This document shows, one piece after another, positions 51,086 through 60,268 of a DNA stretch of 64,000 nucleotides (position 1 is the stretch's first letter; every line of letters starts with the position of its first letter). The notes below the pieces were generated by a model that was not told the DNA's origin, searched no databases, and saw only the letters and a program-made list of their open reading frames with translations. A program made the translations under genes and the position numbers. Source of the DNA: Candidatus Latescibacterota bacterium (lineage in GTDB: Bacteria; Latescibacterota; UBA2968; GCA-2709665); the NCBI GenBank assembly GCA_965219455.1, contig OZ244744.1, positions 1,600,001 to 1,664,000 on the forward strand. The letters run 5' to 3'.

Positions 51086-52638
51086 CCTCAATGCGAAAAT
51101 AATGTTGATGAATTTCGGGGTATTGAAGACTAAGCGAGAATGCGAATAAGTCTATATTTTTCAATAGGAAAAGGCCTTCCATTTTGGTATATTGGGAAGC
51201 GACAAACGACCCATTTAACCCAAAACGAAAGGCCACGTACAGTGAGACGAAAGAAAGCGGATTTGCACGCGCGTGTCAACGACAATTTGAAGATGGAATT
51301 CACCGGTGAAGGCCTCACCTCGTATGCGGGTTTGGAACTGTTGATGCGATATTTGCGAAACGTGGATTGGAACAGGCAGTTGCGCCGTCACCTGGGCAGT
51401 GTGGGCTTTGGCGGCGATTTCGGTGTGGTGAGCCTGTGCCGTGTTCTGTTGGGTTTGCTGTGGGTAGGCGGCCGTCGGTTGCGGCATCTGGATTTCTTGA
51501 AAGGAGATCCCCTGCTGCAGCGGTTTTGCGGTCTGACGGATCTACCGACCCCCCGCAGCGTGAGTACGTTTCTGAGACGGTTTTCCGACAAGGGTCTCAA
51601 CGCCCTGAAAGCCCTCAACGCCGACGTGGTTGCCCATAAGATCAACCTGTTGCGCGCCCGAAAATTGACGATCGACGTGGACGGCACCGTCTTGTGCACC
51701 GGAAAACGCGTCGGCGGTGCCCGCCGCGGGTATAATCCGCATCATCGCAAAGTCCCCAGTTACTATCCGATCACCGCCTACCTGGCCGACAGTGGTCATT
51801 TTCTGGGCGTGCACAACCGGGCAGGCAACGTCAATGATGGCAGCGCCTCCATCCTGTTTCTAAAGGACGTGTTTTCCCAGATCAAAGAGACCTTGGGACA
51901 CGCCTACACTCTGCGATTCCGCATGGATGGCGCCTTTTTCAAAGAGGATGTGGTGAACACGCTCATCAAGAACAAGGCCTCGTATGCCATCAAGGTACCC
52001 TTCTGGAAAGGCCTGGACTTACAGCACAAAATCCGTCAATGCAGCAACTGGCAGCGCATCGAGAAGGGCGTCGACGGCTTCACGTCAACGCTGACGGTCA
52101 AAAAATGGAAACGCACCCTCAACATTGCCATCTTTCGAAAACGCGTGATGCATCAAACCCGAAAGAACTACCAGTTGGACCTGTTCGATCCCGATGATGG
52201 CACCTTCGAATACAGTGCGGTGGCTACCAATCTACCCTTCAAGTTGCGCGCGCTCTGGCGCTTCATGGCAGGCCGTGGTGCCCACGAAAAAGCCATTGGC
52301 GAACTCAAGACCGGACTTAGCTTCGATACCATCCCCACGCACCATTACCACGCCAATAGTGCCTGGCAACAGTTCGTCATTCTCGCGCACAACCTCCTGG
52401 TCAACTTCCAAATCGAAACCGGACTCACAAAACGCAATCGCACCTTGAAAAATACCAACCGATGGCCGCTCAAATCCATACGTACTCTCCGGTTCGAGCT
52501 CATCAACCGAGCCGGACACCTCGTGCGACCCGAAGGGCGTCTAACCCTGCGCCTCCAACGCAACAAGCACACCGAAAAACAATACCGTAAAATCTGCAAC
52601 GCGCTCCAGAAAGCCGCCTGATTTATTTCACATTGAGG
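51086..52638 (+). mobile_element. IS1380-family insertion sequence, type 2 (1553 bp)
   Basis: TIRs CCTCAATGCGAAAATAA / CCTCAATGTGAAATAA; TTAG duplicated (51082-51085, 52639-52642); empty site preserved in the next repeat unit. Confidence 0.93.
51140..52621 (+). CDS. IS1380-family DDE transposase (start possibly GTG 51242)
   Basis: LTSYAGL, IDVDGT, GYNPH...SYYPI, FRMDGAF, GRGAHEKAIGELK. Confidence 0.92.
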   Translation: MRISLYFSIGKGLPFWYIGKRQTTHLTQNERPRTVRRKKADLHARVNDNLKMEFTGEGLTSYAGLELLMRYLRNVDWNRQLRRHLGSVGFGGDFGVVSLCRVLLGLLWVGGRRLRHLDFLKGDPLLQRFCGLTDLPTPRSVSTFLRRFSDKGLNALKALNADVVAHKINLLRARKLTIDVDGTVLCTGKRVGGARRGYNPHHRKVPSYYPITAYLADSGHFLGVHNRAGNVNDGSASILFLKDVFSQIKETLGHAYTLRFRMDGAFFKEDVVNTLIKNKASYAIKVPFWKGLDLQHKIRQCSNWQRIEKGVDGFTSTLTVKKWKRTLNIAIFRKRVMHQTRKNYQLDLFDPDDGTFEYSAVATNLPFKLRALWRFMAGRGAHEKAIGELKTGLSFDTIPTHHYHANSAWQQFVILAHNLLVNFQIETGLTKRNRTLKNTNRWPLKSIRTLRFELINRAGHLVRPEGRLTLRLQRNKHTEKQYRKICNALQKAA

Positions 52639-53022
52639 TTAGCATACAGTAAAAAGCCAAACAACCGACGTCCGCGTCCATTGTGCATTCGTAGGGGCAA
52701 CCCTTGTGGTTGCCCACAGGGGGGGGAACAGCTGTCAGCAGTCAGCCTTCAGCAGTCATCAACGATCAAGAACCAAGACCAGATTCAAAACCCACATCTC
52801 CTCAGATTCCCTGCCTCCGGCGAGAACAGCGGTCAGCTATTAGCATACAGTAAAAAGCCAAACAACCGACGTCCGCGCCCATTGTGCATTCGTAGGGGCA
52901 ACCCTTGTGGTTGCCCACAGGGGGGAAACAGCTGTCAGCAGTCAGCCTCCAGCAGTCAGCAACGATCAAGAACCAAGACCGAATTCAAAACCCACATCTC
53001 CTCAGATTCCCTGCCTCCGGCG

Positions 53023-53398
53023 GGTTCCTTTTGAAGCGACCAAAAGGAACCAAAAGTCGCCGCTAGGCGCGGGGCCGTACATCTGCACAGCGCGAATTGC
53101 ATCAGTGGTCGCACATGACCTGCTGCCCTGCAATCCACGGTGAACATCGGTATCCAATGCCGGACGGAACCACGCGCTCTGCTCTGGCAGTGCTCTGGAA
53201 AGGCATCGCGTTAGTCAGCCGTGTGGCTACCTGAGTGCGAGCGGAAATCAGTGGTCTGCGTACAGCAGTTAGCTTACGGCATAAAGACCATCGCGGCAAA
53301 ACCAGCTCCGCGCCGAGCGGCCTGCCTGCGCCGAGCCGTGCTCGGCAGGCAGGCGCCGTTCTTTTTGGTCCTTTTTCTTGGCGTACAAGAAAAAGGAC
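53023..53398. repeat. structured intergenic element bounded by two related, oppositely oriented hairpins
   Basis: GGTTCCTTTTG-AAGCGAC-CAAAAGGAACC and GTCCTTTTTCTTG-GCGTA-CAAGAAAAAGGAC; internal GCCTGCCTGC...GCAGGCAGGC hairpin. Confidence 0.55.
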
Positions 53399-53507
53399 GT
53401 AAAAAAAAGTAAAATAATAGTTTAGCTCTTTTTCCGGCTTTCCAATCCGAGTCCGAGGACACATGTAGTGTCTTCGGGTTTTTTTGTACCCTTATCGGCG
53501 CGTTGCC

Positions 53508-53545
53508 TGCAAGACCGGGATTGCAGGTGCAAGTTAAACATTGCA
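53508..53545. promoter_or_regulatory. two tandem palindromic enhancer-like sites (TGCAA-N8-TTGCA)
   Basis: TGCAAGACCGGGATTGCA (53508-53525) and TGCAAGTTAAACATTGCA (53528-53545), 20-bp period. Confidence 0.7.
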
Positions 53546-53609
53546 CAGCTTGGGCGTCTTTCGGGGCCAAAACTCGTCGAATCGGCCTGATTTCCACCCC
53601 AAACGGCCG

Positions 53610-53624
53610 TGGCACGGGGTTTGC
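53610..53624 (+). promoter_or_regulatory. sigma54 (-24/-12) promoter
   Basis: TGGCAC-GGGGT-TTGC matches TGGCAC-N5-TTGC; RBS AAGGAGG and ATG follow. Confidence 0.85.
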
Positions 53625-53654
53625 GAAAGGTGTAGGGCAAGAAAGGAGGACGAG

Positions 53655-54302
53655 ATGTCGACACACACATTGACGTTTGCAGCCACCCTTCAGCGCCACG
53701 TTGCCAACCTGATTACCGCCTCCCGGGTCGTCTGCCTGTTTCTGGCGGCGGCCTTTGCGGTCACTGGAAGTACCGTGCTGGTTTGGGTTGCGGTACCCCT
53801 GGCGTTCGCCGCGCTGTTGATGGACTGGCTGGATGGGTACGCCGCGCGCCGGTTGGGATGCGAGAGCAAGGTCGGCGGCTTGCTCGACATTGTGGGGGAT
53901 AGAATTGCGGAGAACGTGTGGTGGATGGTGTTCGCGTGGCTGCATCTGATCCCCCTCTGGGTTCCGCTGATGGTCCTCAGCAGGGGTTTCGTGACGGACG
54001 CGATTCGGAGTTGTGCGCTTTCGCAGGGCGAAACCGCATTCGGGGAGACGACGATGATGCGTTCGCGCATCGGATACGGCCTGGTTGCCTCGCGGGCGAG
54101 CAGGGCGACGTACGGCGTTGCGAAGGTGATCGCGTTCGTGGCGTTATTCGTCCTGAACGCGGCGCAGCACTCATCCAACCTGGCGGCCGGGGTCGGATCG
54201 GGGGTAGAGATGGTCGCCCTGGCGGCGACCTACCTGACCGTTGCCCTGTGCGCGATAAGAGGGATTCCCGTAATCACCGCAGCCAAAAGGGTTGTCATTT
54301 AA
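53655..54302 (+). CDS. CDP-alcohol phosphatidyltransferase family protein
   Basis: ANLITASR; DWLDGYAARR...GGLLDIVGDR signature; strong RBS before ATG 53655. Confidence 0.92.
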   Translation: MSTHTLTFAATLQRHVANLITASRVVCLFLAAAFAVTGSTVLVWVAVPLAFAALLMDWLDGYAARRLGCESKVGGLLDIVGDRIAENVWWMVFAWLHLIPLWVPLMVLSRGFVTDAIRSCALSQGETAFGETTMMRSRIGYGLVASRASRATYGVAKVIAFVALFVLNAAQHSSNLAAGVGSGVEMVALAATYLTVALCAIRGIPVITAAKRVVI

Positions 54303-54327
54303 CAGCTAAGTATTCCAGGAGAATGTG

Positions 54328-55359
54328 ATGAAACAGGAAACGTATATACTGCTCTGGCTGCTGGGCCTCGCCTGCCTCGGCGTGCTGCTTCATCAGCTTG
54401 GCGAACCTGAGGTGTGGCACCACGTGGTGATGATGGGCTGGGGATATATCCCGGTGATCGGAATTACCCTGGTGGCCTATGCGAACAACGTCTGGGTCTG
54501 GCGCAGGTGCTTTGATGGAGGGGCCAAGAGGCCCGGGTTGAGACCGTTGCTCTGGGTGAAACTGGTTGGCGAGGCGCTGGGGAACGTGATGCCGGCTTCG
54601 CAGATCGGCAAAGAGGTGGCCAAAGTGATGATGCTGCGAGAGAGAATGGGCGTGACCGCCGGCGTGTCCTCGCTCGTCCTCAACAAAACGGGCGAGATGG
54701 TCAGCGGCGTCATTTTTGTCCTGGGCGGCGTTATAGCGGGTCTCAATCGGTACGCGTTTTCGGAGGAGATCCGATGGACGCTCTTCGCCATGCTGACGCT
54801 GGCCGTAGCAGGTGTCGTTCTGACCGTCGTCAGACAGTGCCGCAATCCGTTCACCGGGCTCGTGAATCTGTTGACTCGGATGCGGATCACGTTTGTGGAA
54901 AGGCACCTCGACCGGGCGGCCGAAATCGATCGGAACCTGGCCGCGTTTTACCGGCTGAACCCATGGAGGCTGGCGGGCCTGCTGGGACTGCATCTGCTGA
55001 CGTGGGGCCTCGGAACGCTGGAGATTTACGTGATTCTCCAGGTGCTGGGTGAACCGCTGCCGTTCGTTTCGGTCTACCTGTTCCATTCACTGATGATGGT
55101 GATCAACGTGGTATTCGGTTTCGTCCCCTACGGCATGGGGGTCTTCGAGGGCGGGCACGTGTTCCTCTTTCATATGATGGGACTGGAACCGGGTACCGGA
55201 TTGGCCGTGGGAATTATCCGTCGAATCCGAAAGATCTTCTGGATGCTGCTGGGCCTGCTGCTGCTCCTTCTCGGATCGCGCACGATCCGGTTCGGGGCGC
55301 CTAAGGAGAACGACGGTCTCGAGCGAATGGAAACCGCGGCGCCGTTGCACCATGGATAA
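54328..55359 (+). CDS. lysylphosphatidylglycerol-synthase TM / flippase-like membrane protein (UPF0104-like)
   Basis: GEALGNVMPASQIGKE, FVPYGMGVFEGG, GIIRRIRKIFW; about 8 TM helices. Confidence 0.85.
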   Translation: MKQETYILLWLLGLACLGVLLHQLGEPEVWHHVVMMGWGYIPVIGITLVAYANNVWVWRRCFDGGAKRPGLRPLLWVKLVGEALGNVMPASQIGKEVAKVMMLRERMGVTAGVSSLVLNKTGEMVSGVIFVLGGVIAGLNRYAFSEEIRWTLFAMLTLAVAGVVLTVVRQCRNPFTGLVNLLTRMRITFVERHLDRAAEIDRNLAAFYRLNPWRLAGLLGLHLLTWGLGTLEIYVILQVLGEPLPFVSVYLFHSLMMVINVVFGFVPYGMGVFEGGHVFLFHMMGLEPGTGLAVGIIRRIRKIFWMLLGLLLLLLGSRTIRFGAPKENDGLERMETAAPLHHG

Positions 55360-55421
55360 GCATCGGGAGAACGTCTCTAACGCTGCAGAAATTGCCATGT
55401 AAGAGCCTGTGGAGGGTAATC

Positions 55422-56570
55422 ATGAAATCTATCGCACTCATCTTGACCGCGACCCTGATGTCAAACGCGATTGCACCCGCCCTTGCGCACGCGGCCACAC
55501 AACTTCGAGGCACGCAGCAGGCGGATCCGGCTATTGAAGCGGCCATTCAGAGGCTCCATGCGAAGGCGGTTACGGTCATGCCCGGTAAGGAACTTGATCT
55601 GAAAAAGCTTTCGCCCGGATTGTATGCGTACGTGGCGTTCAATTCGAACGAGGTTGAAAACGCGGCGATGGGCCGAATCGTTAGCTACGATTCGAATCGA
55701 GTCGTCATCGCGGCGGGTGAAGGGAAAGGATGGGAGATCGCGCGTCGCGATATTGTGGTCCTCGCGTTTTCCGACAACCCGGGAGGCATCGAATTGTGGC
55801 GAATGTCAAGACGGGCGATGCTTCAGGTTCAGAAGTCGGCGATGACGGTGTTGTCCGACGAAGACCTCGACCTCGGGAAGCTGAGATTCGGATGGCACGT
55901 ACACGTTGATTATAGATCCTCAGGTGTCAGGCGCTCCACTACGGGTGTGATTATCCGTAGAGATGCGAATCATATCGTAATCAAACCCGGGAAGAAATCC
56001 GGAGTCCGTTGGACAATCCGGTCGGACGATATCGAGCGCATCATCGTCGCCCGCAATCGCAGAGACATGGATCGCTGGCAGAGAACGCAGAGGGCGATGC
56101 GTGAACTCCAGGGACCCAGGGTCCGGTTAAAGGCGCCCTCGATATCGCCGGAATGGGTGACCGGGAGGTTTATTGGTTCCGTCCAGGACACACTTGAGAT
56201 CCTGTCCGAACGCGGCGCCGAACGGATCCCCCGCACTTTAGTCAAAGATCTGGAAGTAAGCATGGGTCGTCATCGAAGCACGATCAAGGGTATAGGGATC
56301 GGGTTTCTTTCCGGACTTGGCGCGGCATTTCTGATATATCCTCATGATGTATCTGACAACGATAGAAGAGAGAAAGTTGGAGAATGGGAGGGCAACGATC
56401 GATTCTTCTACGCGGTACTGGCTGTGCCTCTCGCGACACTGTGTGGAACCCTGGTCGGTGTTAGATCCTTTACCGAAAAATGGGTCGAAGTCTCCCCTTC
56501 ACGGATCAATCTAAATATCGCGCCCACAGGAGACAGAGGTCTGCGAGCCGCGATGTCGTTTGAATTCTAA
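55422..56570 (+). CDS. secreted repeat-module protein, paralog 1 (intact)
   Basis: Signal peptide ending AHA; two ~85-aa beta-rich repeats; Gly-rich hydrophobic segments; C-terminus GLRAAMSFEF. Confidence 0.8.
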   Translation: MKSIALILTATLMSNAIAPALAHAATQLRGTQQADPAIEAAIQRLHAKAVTVMPGKELDLKKLSPGLYAYVAFNSNEVENAAMGRIVSYDSNRVVIAAGEGKGWEIARRDIVVLAFSDNPGGIELWRMSRRAMLQVQKSAMTVLSDEDLDLGKLRFGWHVHVDYRSSGVRRSTTGVIIRRDANHIVIKPGKKSGVRWTIRSDDIERIIVARNRRDMDRWQRTQRAMRELQGPRVRLKAPSISPEWVTGRFIGSVQDTLEILSERGAERIPRTLVKDLEVSMGRHRSTIKGIGIGFLSGLGAAFLIYPHDVSDNDRREKVGEWEGNDRFFYAVLAVPLATLCGTLVGVRSFTEKWVEVSPSRINLNIAPTGDRGLRAAMSFEF

Positions 56571-56721
56571 AAGGCGGGAAGAGGTGAGACGGGAAACGGT
56601 AGAAAAACCGCAAACGACGGGGAGAAGTAAGAGGGGAGGAAAATGCGAGATGCGGGGAGACGGGAGACGCACGAAGGAAGAACGAAGAAGGAAGAAGGAA
56701 GAAAAATCAAAAACGGAAGAC

Positions 56722-56794
56722 GGGAGAATGAGTCAGAAGCGAAAGGCACGATAGGGATTTTGCCGATCTGGCGCCTTAGGGAAACCGCTTTTCC
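56722..56794 (+). repeat. conserved ~73-bp element upstream of paralog 2
   Basis: GGGAGAATGAGTCAGAAGC...GATCTGGCGCCT...GGGAAACCGC, near-identical to 60114-60187. Confidence 0.85.
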
Positions 56795-57376
56795 CTCCAT
56801 TCTCTCTCGCGTAACCTTCTTCAGCAAAAATAGCAAGTAGCGTATTTCAACGAGGTATATCCATGAAAGCGACCGCTCTATTTCTTGCAGTAAGCCTGCT
56901 GTTCGAGATCCTAACGCCGTACATTACCTTACTCGCGCAAGAACTGCCAGAAAAACAGACCGAACAGATCGTCCAAGCGAACGCGGAAAGCCGCAGCTGG
57001 CGGAAGCAGGTGTCCAGTAGAGGTCCCGCCCTGGCGGTTGCTGAACGGGCAATCAGGTTGTTCTATCAGATGGACGTCGCGCTGATGTCGCGGCCAAATA
57101 TGAAATTATCGCTGTTAGAGAAGCGATTGTACGCGTATGCAATCTACACTTCATCGGGTACGAAGAGCACCTTTACCGGCCAGATCAGCGGGAAATATCC
57201 GGAGGGCATCTGGATAAAATCCGCCGGCATAATCCGGAGAAAAACACATATAAGGTACGCCGAAATTGACACGCTCGTTGTCGCCAGGGATCCACAGGCG
57301 CTGGAGAGGTGGCAAAGGCGGATGGAGGGCCGTCTTGTGGTTATGTCGCGGAGTACGCTTGAACCTTCAAAGCTAG

Positions 57377-59260
57377 ACCTAAAATAAGCGAGTATCGTGT
57401 GCGCCACAGTGATTTGTGTTTGTGTTGAGGCGTTGGTGTCGATTTATATGGAATTGGCGTTTTGGATGGTTTTTAGGGCCGTGTTTGTCGTGGTCGCTAT
57501 GGTAAATTGAGTATCCGAAGTGGCGTTGAGACGCGTGGTGGACACACCGGTCCGTTGAGGGGTGTGGGGATGGCGCCGCGTTTGTGTGTCATCGGTGGTG
57601 CTGCATTGGTGTTATCCAAATCCGGTGCGTTCAATGATACGCCAGGTGCTGAAGAGGCGATCGAGGGTGGGTTGATAGCCGATGAGCCGTAACGTGGTGG
57701 TGCGCGCGCGTTGGATGACGTGGCAGGGAATCAAGATAATGCTGTGGATGAAGCGCCGGAATTCCATGCAGACGTACTGCTGTCGATCACGGTGTCTGTG
57801 CATCATCATGGCAAACCAGGATTTGAGGTTCCAGGCCAGGGCGGCGATGACCATATAGGCCCAGTTGCTGACCAGGTCATACAGGGGCACGCGCAAGGCG
57901 TTGACGCCGTTTTTGAGTTGCTCGATGACGTTCTCCTGATCGCAGCGTTGGTTGGCGCAGGCGACGATCTCTTGGGGGGTCACGTCCGTGCGTGTCGTGA
58001 TATAGAAGAAATAACGGCATTCGTCGAACAGGACAAGGTCGCCCTTCATTTTGCTGATGTTCTTGCGCAGGACCACGACGCGATACCCACGTTTACAGCG
58101 CGTGGGTTGGTAGTTGAACTCGGCCACGTGTTCGTGGTTCAGCACCAGGTTGGCGTAGGCCCGCTTGTGGACGATGCGCTGTTTCTCGTGGGGCTGATTG
58201 CGCTTCCGCTTCTGGTCGGTCACGGTGTGATAACGGGGTTTGCGTTGCAGGGGCTGCCATTGTGCCTCGTCGAGGGCCTCGGCACGGGAACGCATCGCCG
58301 CGTTGGCGTCCATCCCGAAGATGAAGTCGACGCTTTTGGCCCAGCGATCAAGATGTCGAGTCAAGAAAAAGTCGGTGTCGCCACGCACACAGATGCGCTT
58401 GGCGTGGGGCTGCACCAGGTCGATGGCCGCGTCGATCCACTGTGCCGCACCGGTGTGGCTGGGCACATTCCCCGGTCGGTTGACCAGGAAGAGCACTTCC
58501 TTCGTGTTGGAAAGTGAGATCACCAGCGGATGGTAGCCCCAGATGCCCTGGTAAGAGATGTCCATACCCCTCTTGCGCTTGCCATACGTGGGCACGTTTG
58601 TGCCGTCCACATCGATATAGGTGATGTCACCAAGCAATTTGCGGCCACGCGATGCCCACAAGGAGGATCGCACCGCGTTGATGCACGCCATCAGTTCGAC
58701 GATGTCCCGTTCCGAGAAGCGTCGGCAAAAGTCACCCGCCGTGGTCGGATCGGGAATCAACTTGGCGCCCAGGGCATTCATGTAGGCCCCGTCACTTCGC
58801 AAACGCTCGATATCCTCCAAGCGCGTGCCGCCGCATAACACGTTGTATGTGATGTTTAGTACGTGGTCCGACTCATGATAGGGCAGATGCACCTTCAACA
58901 AGGACAGTGACGCGTCGATGCGCTTGGGCAGACCCAGCTTGGTGACCAGGCGATGCACGGCGCCGATGCCTCCGTAACTCATCGCGTCGGTGTAGGCGCC
59001 TACCTCGTAGTGCACTTTGCCAGGACTGAACATGGGCCGGCGCTGGGCCTGCCAATGCCCCGCTCGACCGTGGCGGGCGGCCACTTTGCGTTTGCGACGA
59101 GCACGGTTCCTGCGGCTGTCATCAACCGATATTCTTTTCACCGGAAAGGTCTCCTGCGTTGGAGTGATGATTTCTAGCACAATCCATCTATCTCCAACAA
59201 CGGTAGGCCTTTCCGGTCTCTTGGACCAGAAAAATTTCACTGGTCACGCTTGTTTAAGGG
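57377..59260 (-). mobile_element. IS1380-family insertion sequence, type 1 copy 2 (1884 bp)
   Basis: Same length and TIRs as 42195-44078, inverted; CTAG duplicated (57373-57376, 59261-59264). Confidence 0.95.
57612..59240 (-). CDS. IS1380-family DDE transposase
   Basis: 542 aa, highly similar to but not identical with 42215-43843. Confidence 0.92.
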   Translation of the reverse strand: MKFFWSKRPERPTVVGDRWIVLEIITPTQETFPVKRISVDDSRRNRARRKRKVAARHGRAGHWQAQRRPMFSPGKVHYEVGAYTDAMSYGGIGAVHRLVTKLGLPKRIDASLSLLKVHLPYHESDHVLNITYNVLCGGTRLEDIERLRSDGAYMNALGAKLIPDPTTAGDFCRRFSERDIVELMACINAVRSSLWASRGRKLLGDITYIDVDGTNVPTYGKRKRGMDISYQGIWGYHPLVISLSNTKEVLFLVNRPGNVPSHTGAAQWIDAAIDLVQPHAKRICVRGDTDFFLTRHLDRWAKSVDFIFGMDANAAMRSRAEALDEAQWQPLQRKPRYHTVTDQKRKRNQPHEKQRIVHKRAYANLVLNHEHVAEFNYQPTRCKRGYRVVVLRKNISKMKGDLVLFDECRYFFYITTRTDVTPQEIVACANQRCDQENVIEQLKNGVNALRVPLYDLVSNWAYMVIAALAWNLKSWFAMMMHRHRDRQQYVCMEFRRFIHSIILIPCHVIQRARTTTLRLIGYQPTLDRLFSTWRIIERTGFG

Positions 59261-60113
59261 CTAGAGGACGGTTGGTACGCGTATGTTGTTCACAATTACG
59301 AGACCGACAAGAGAGCCGAACTTGCGGAAATCGTCGAAATTAACGAACGACACTTTGTTGTTAATTCCAGTTACGGTTCCTGGGGGAGTTCAGGCACATT
59401 GAAAAAAATCCGTTACTACGACATCCACTTCATAGTCGGCGCAGAAAATCGTGGCGACATTGAGAGCTGGAGAAACGCGAGGCAAGTCATCAAACGTCTG
59501 ACAGAGGATCCCGAAATACGTTTCAAGGCGCCTTCGATCATTGATAAATTGTCAGAAAGGAGATGGACGCCAGGCAGGCTTGTCGATGTAAACCAGGATA
59601 CGTTCAGGATTGCCGTTGGCCCGTCCAGGCGGGATGTCTATCCAGTACCCGCTTCTGCGGTCACTGAACTGGAGTTTTATAGTGGGCGTCGCAGAAACAC
59701 GGTCAAGGGGTTGCTGTTTGGTCTGGCCGCAGGGACGGCGACCGCGCTCGTAATTACCGCCAATGAAGAAAAAGAAAAATCGCAAGGGAACAAATGGAAC
59801 AGTCCCGATACCGGGTATGAAGTCCGTCAATTGGTTCCCGGGTTCCTTGTACCAGTTATTGTCTTTACTGCAATAGGCGCTCTGATTCAGACCGACCGAT
59901 GGGTCGACGCGCCAATTAACCGCCTCAAATTGAGCGTCGCGCCGGCCCCAAAAAGAGGTGTGGGAGCCGCGCTCTGGTTTAAGTTTTAGGCGTTTGCCAG
60001 GGCGAGCGGATGTCGCGATTACTATGTTGGAAGGTCAATATCCCAAATGGCGAGACGCTATAAACGGGGAGGTAAGACATGAGAGGTGAGAAAAACCGGA
60101 AAGGCGGGGAGAA

Positions 60114-60187
60114 GGGAGAATGAGTCAGAAGCCAAAGGCACGATAGGGATTTTACCGATCTGGCGCCTCAGGGAAACCGCCTTTTCC
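60114..60187 (+). repeat. conserved ~73-bp element upstream of paralog 3
   Basis: Near-identical to 56722-56794. Confidence 0.85.
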
Positions 60188-60268
60188 TCTTCCGTCTTCC
60201 TTCTTCCTTTTTACTTCTTACCATCTTCGATAGGGACAGTACGAAGCCTATTTCAACGAGGTGAATCC

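Larger units (their letters stand above)
50969..53022 (+). repeat. ~200-bp tandem repeat, about 2.5 units, first unit split by an IS
   Basis: Units start near 50969, 52727 and 52927 (AACAGCT(A/G)TCAGCAGTCAGCC...CTCAGATTCCCTGCCTCCGGCG); each full unit contains the REP palindrome. Confidence 0.9.
56863..59989 (+). pseudogene. secreted repeat-module protein, paralog 2, interrupted by IS1380
   Basis: 56863-57376 plus 59265-59989 rejoin in frame (...EPSKL|EDGWYAYVV...) to give 412 aa ending GVGAALWFKF. Confidence 0.88.

Noticed and set aside
50969-53022. CRISPR array
   Set aside because: Whole ~200-bp units repeat with no unique spacers, and there are no cas genes
52633-53464. Short ORFs in the repeat region
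   Set aside because: Translations simply mirror the DNA repeats and hairpins; no RBS or domain support
42195-59260. Composite transposon or inversion bounded by the two inverted IS1380 copies
   Set aside because: Paralog 2 rejoins in frame across copy 2, and the flanks of copy 1 (SPOR stop, MITE end) are coherent, so these are independent insertions with no rearrangement
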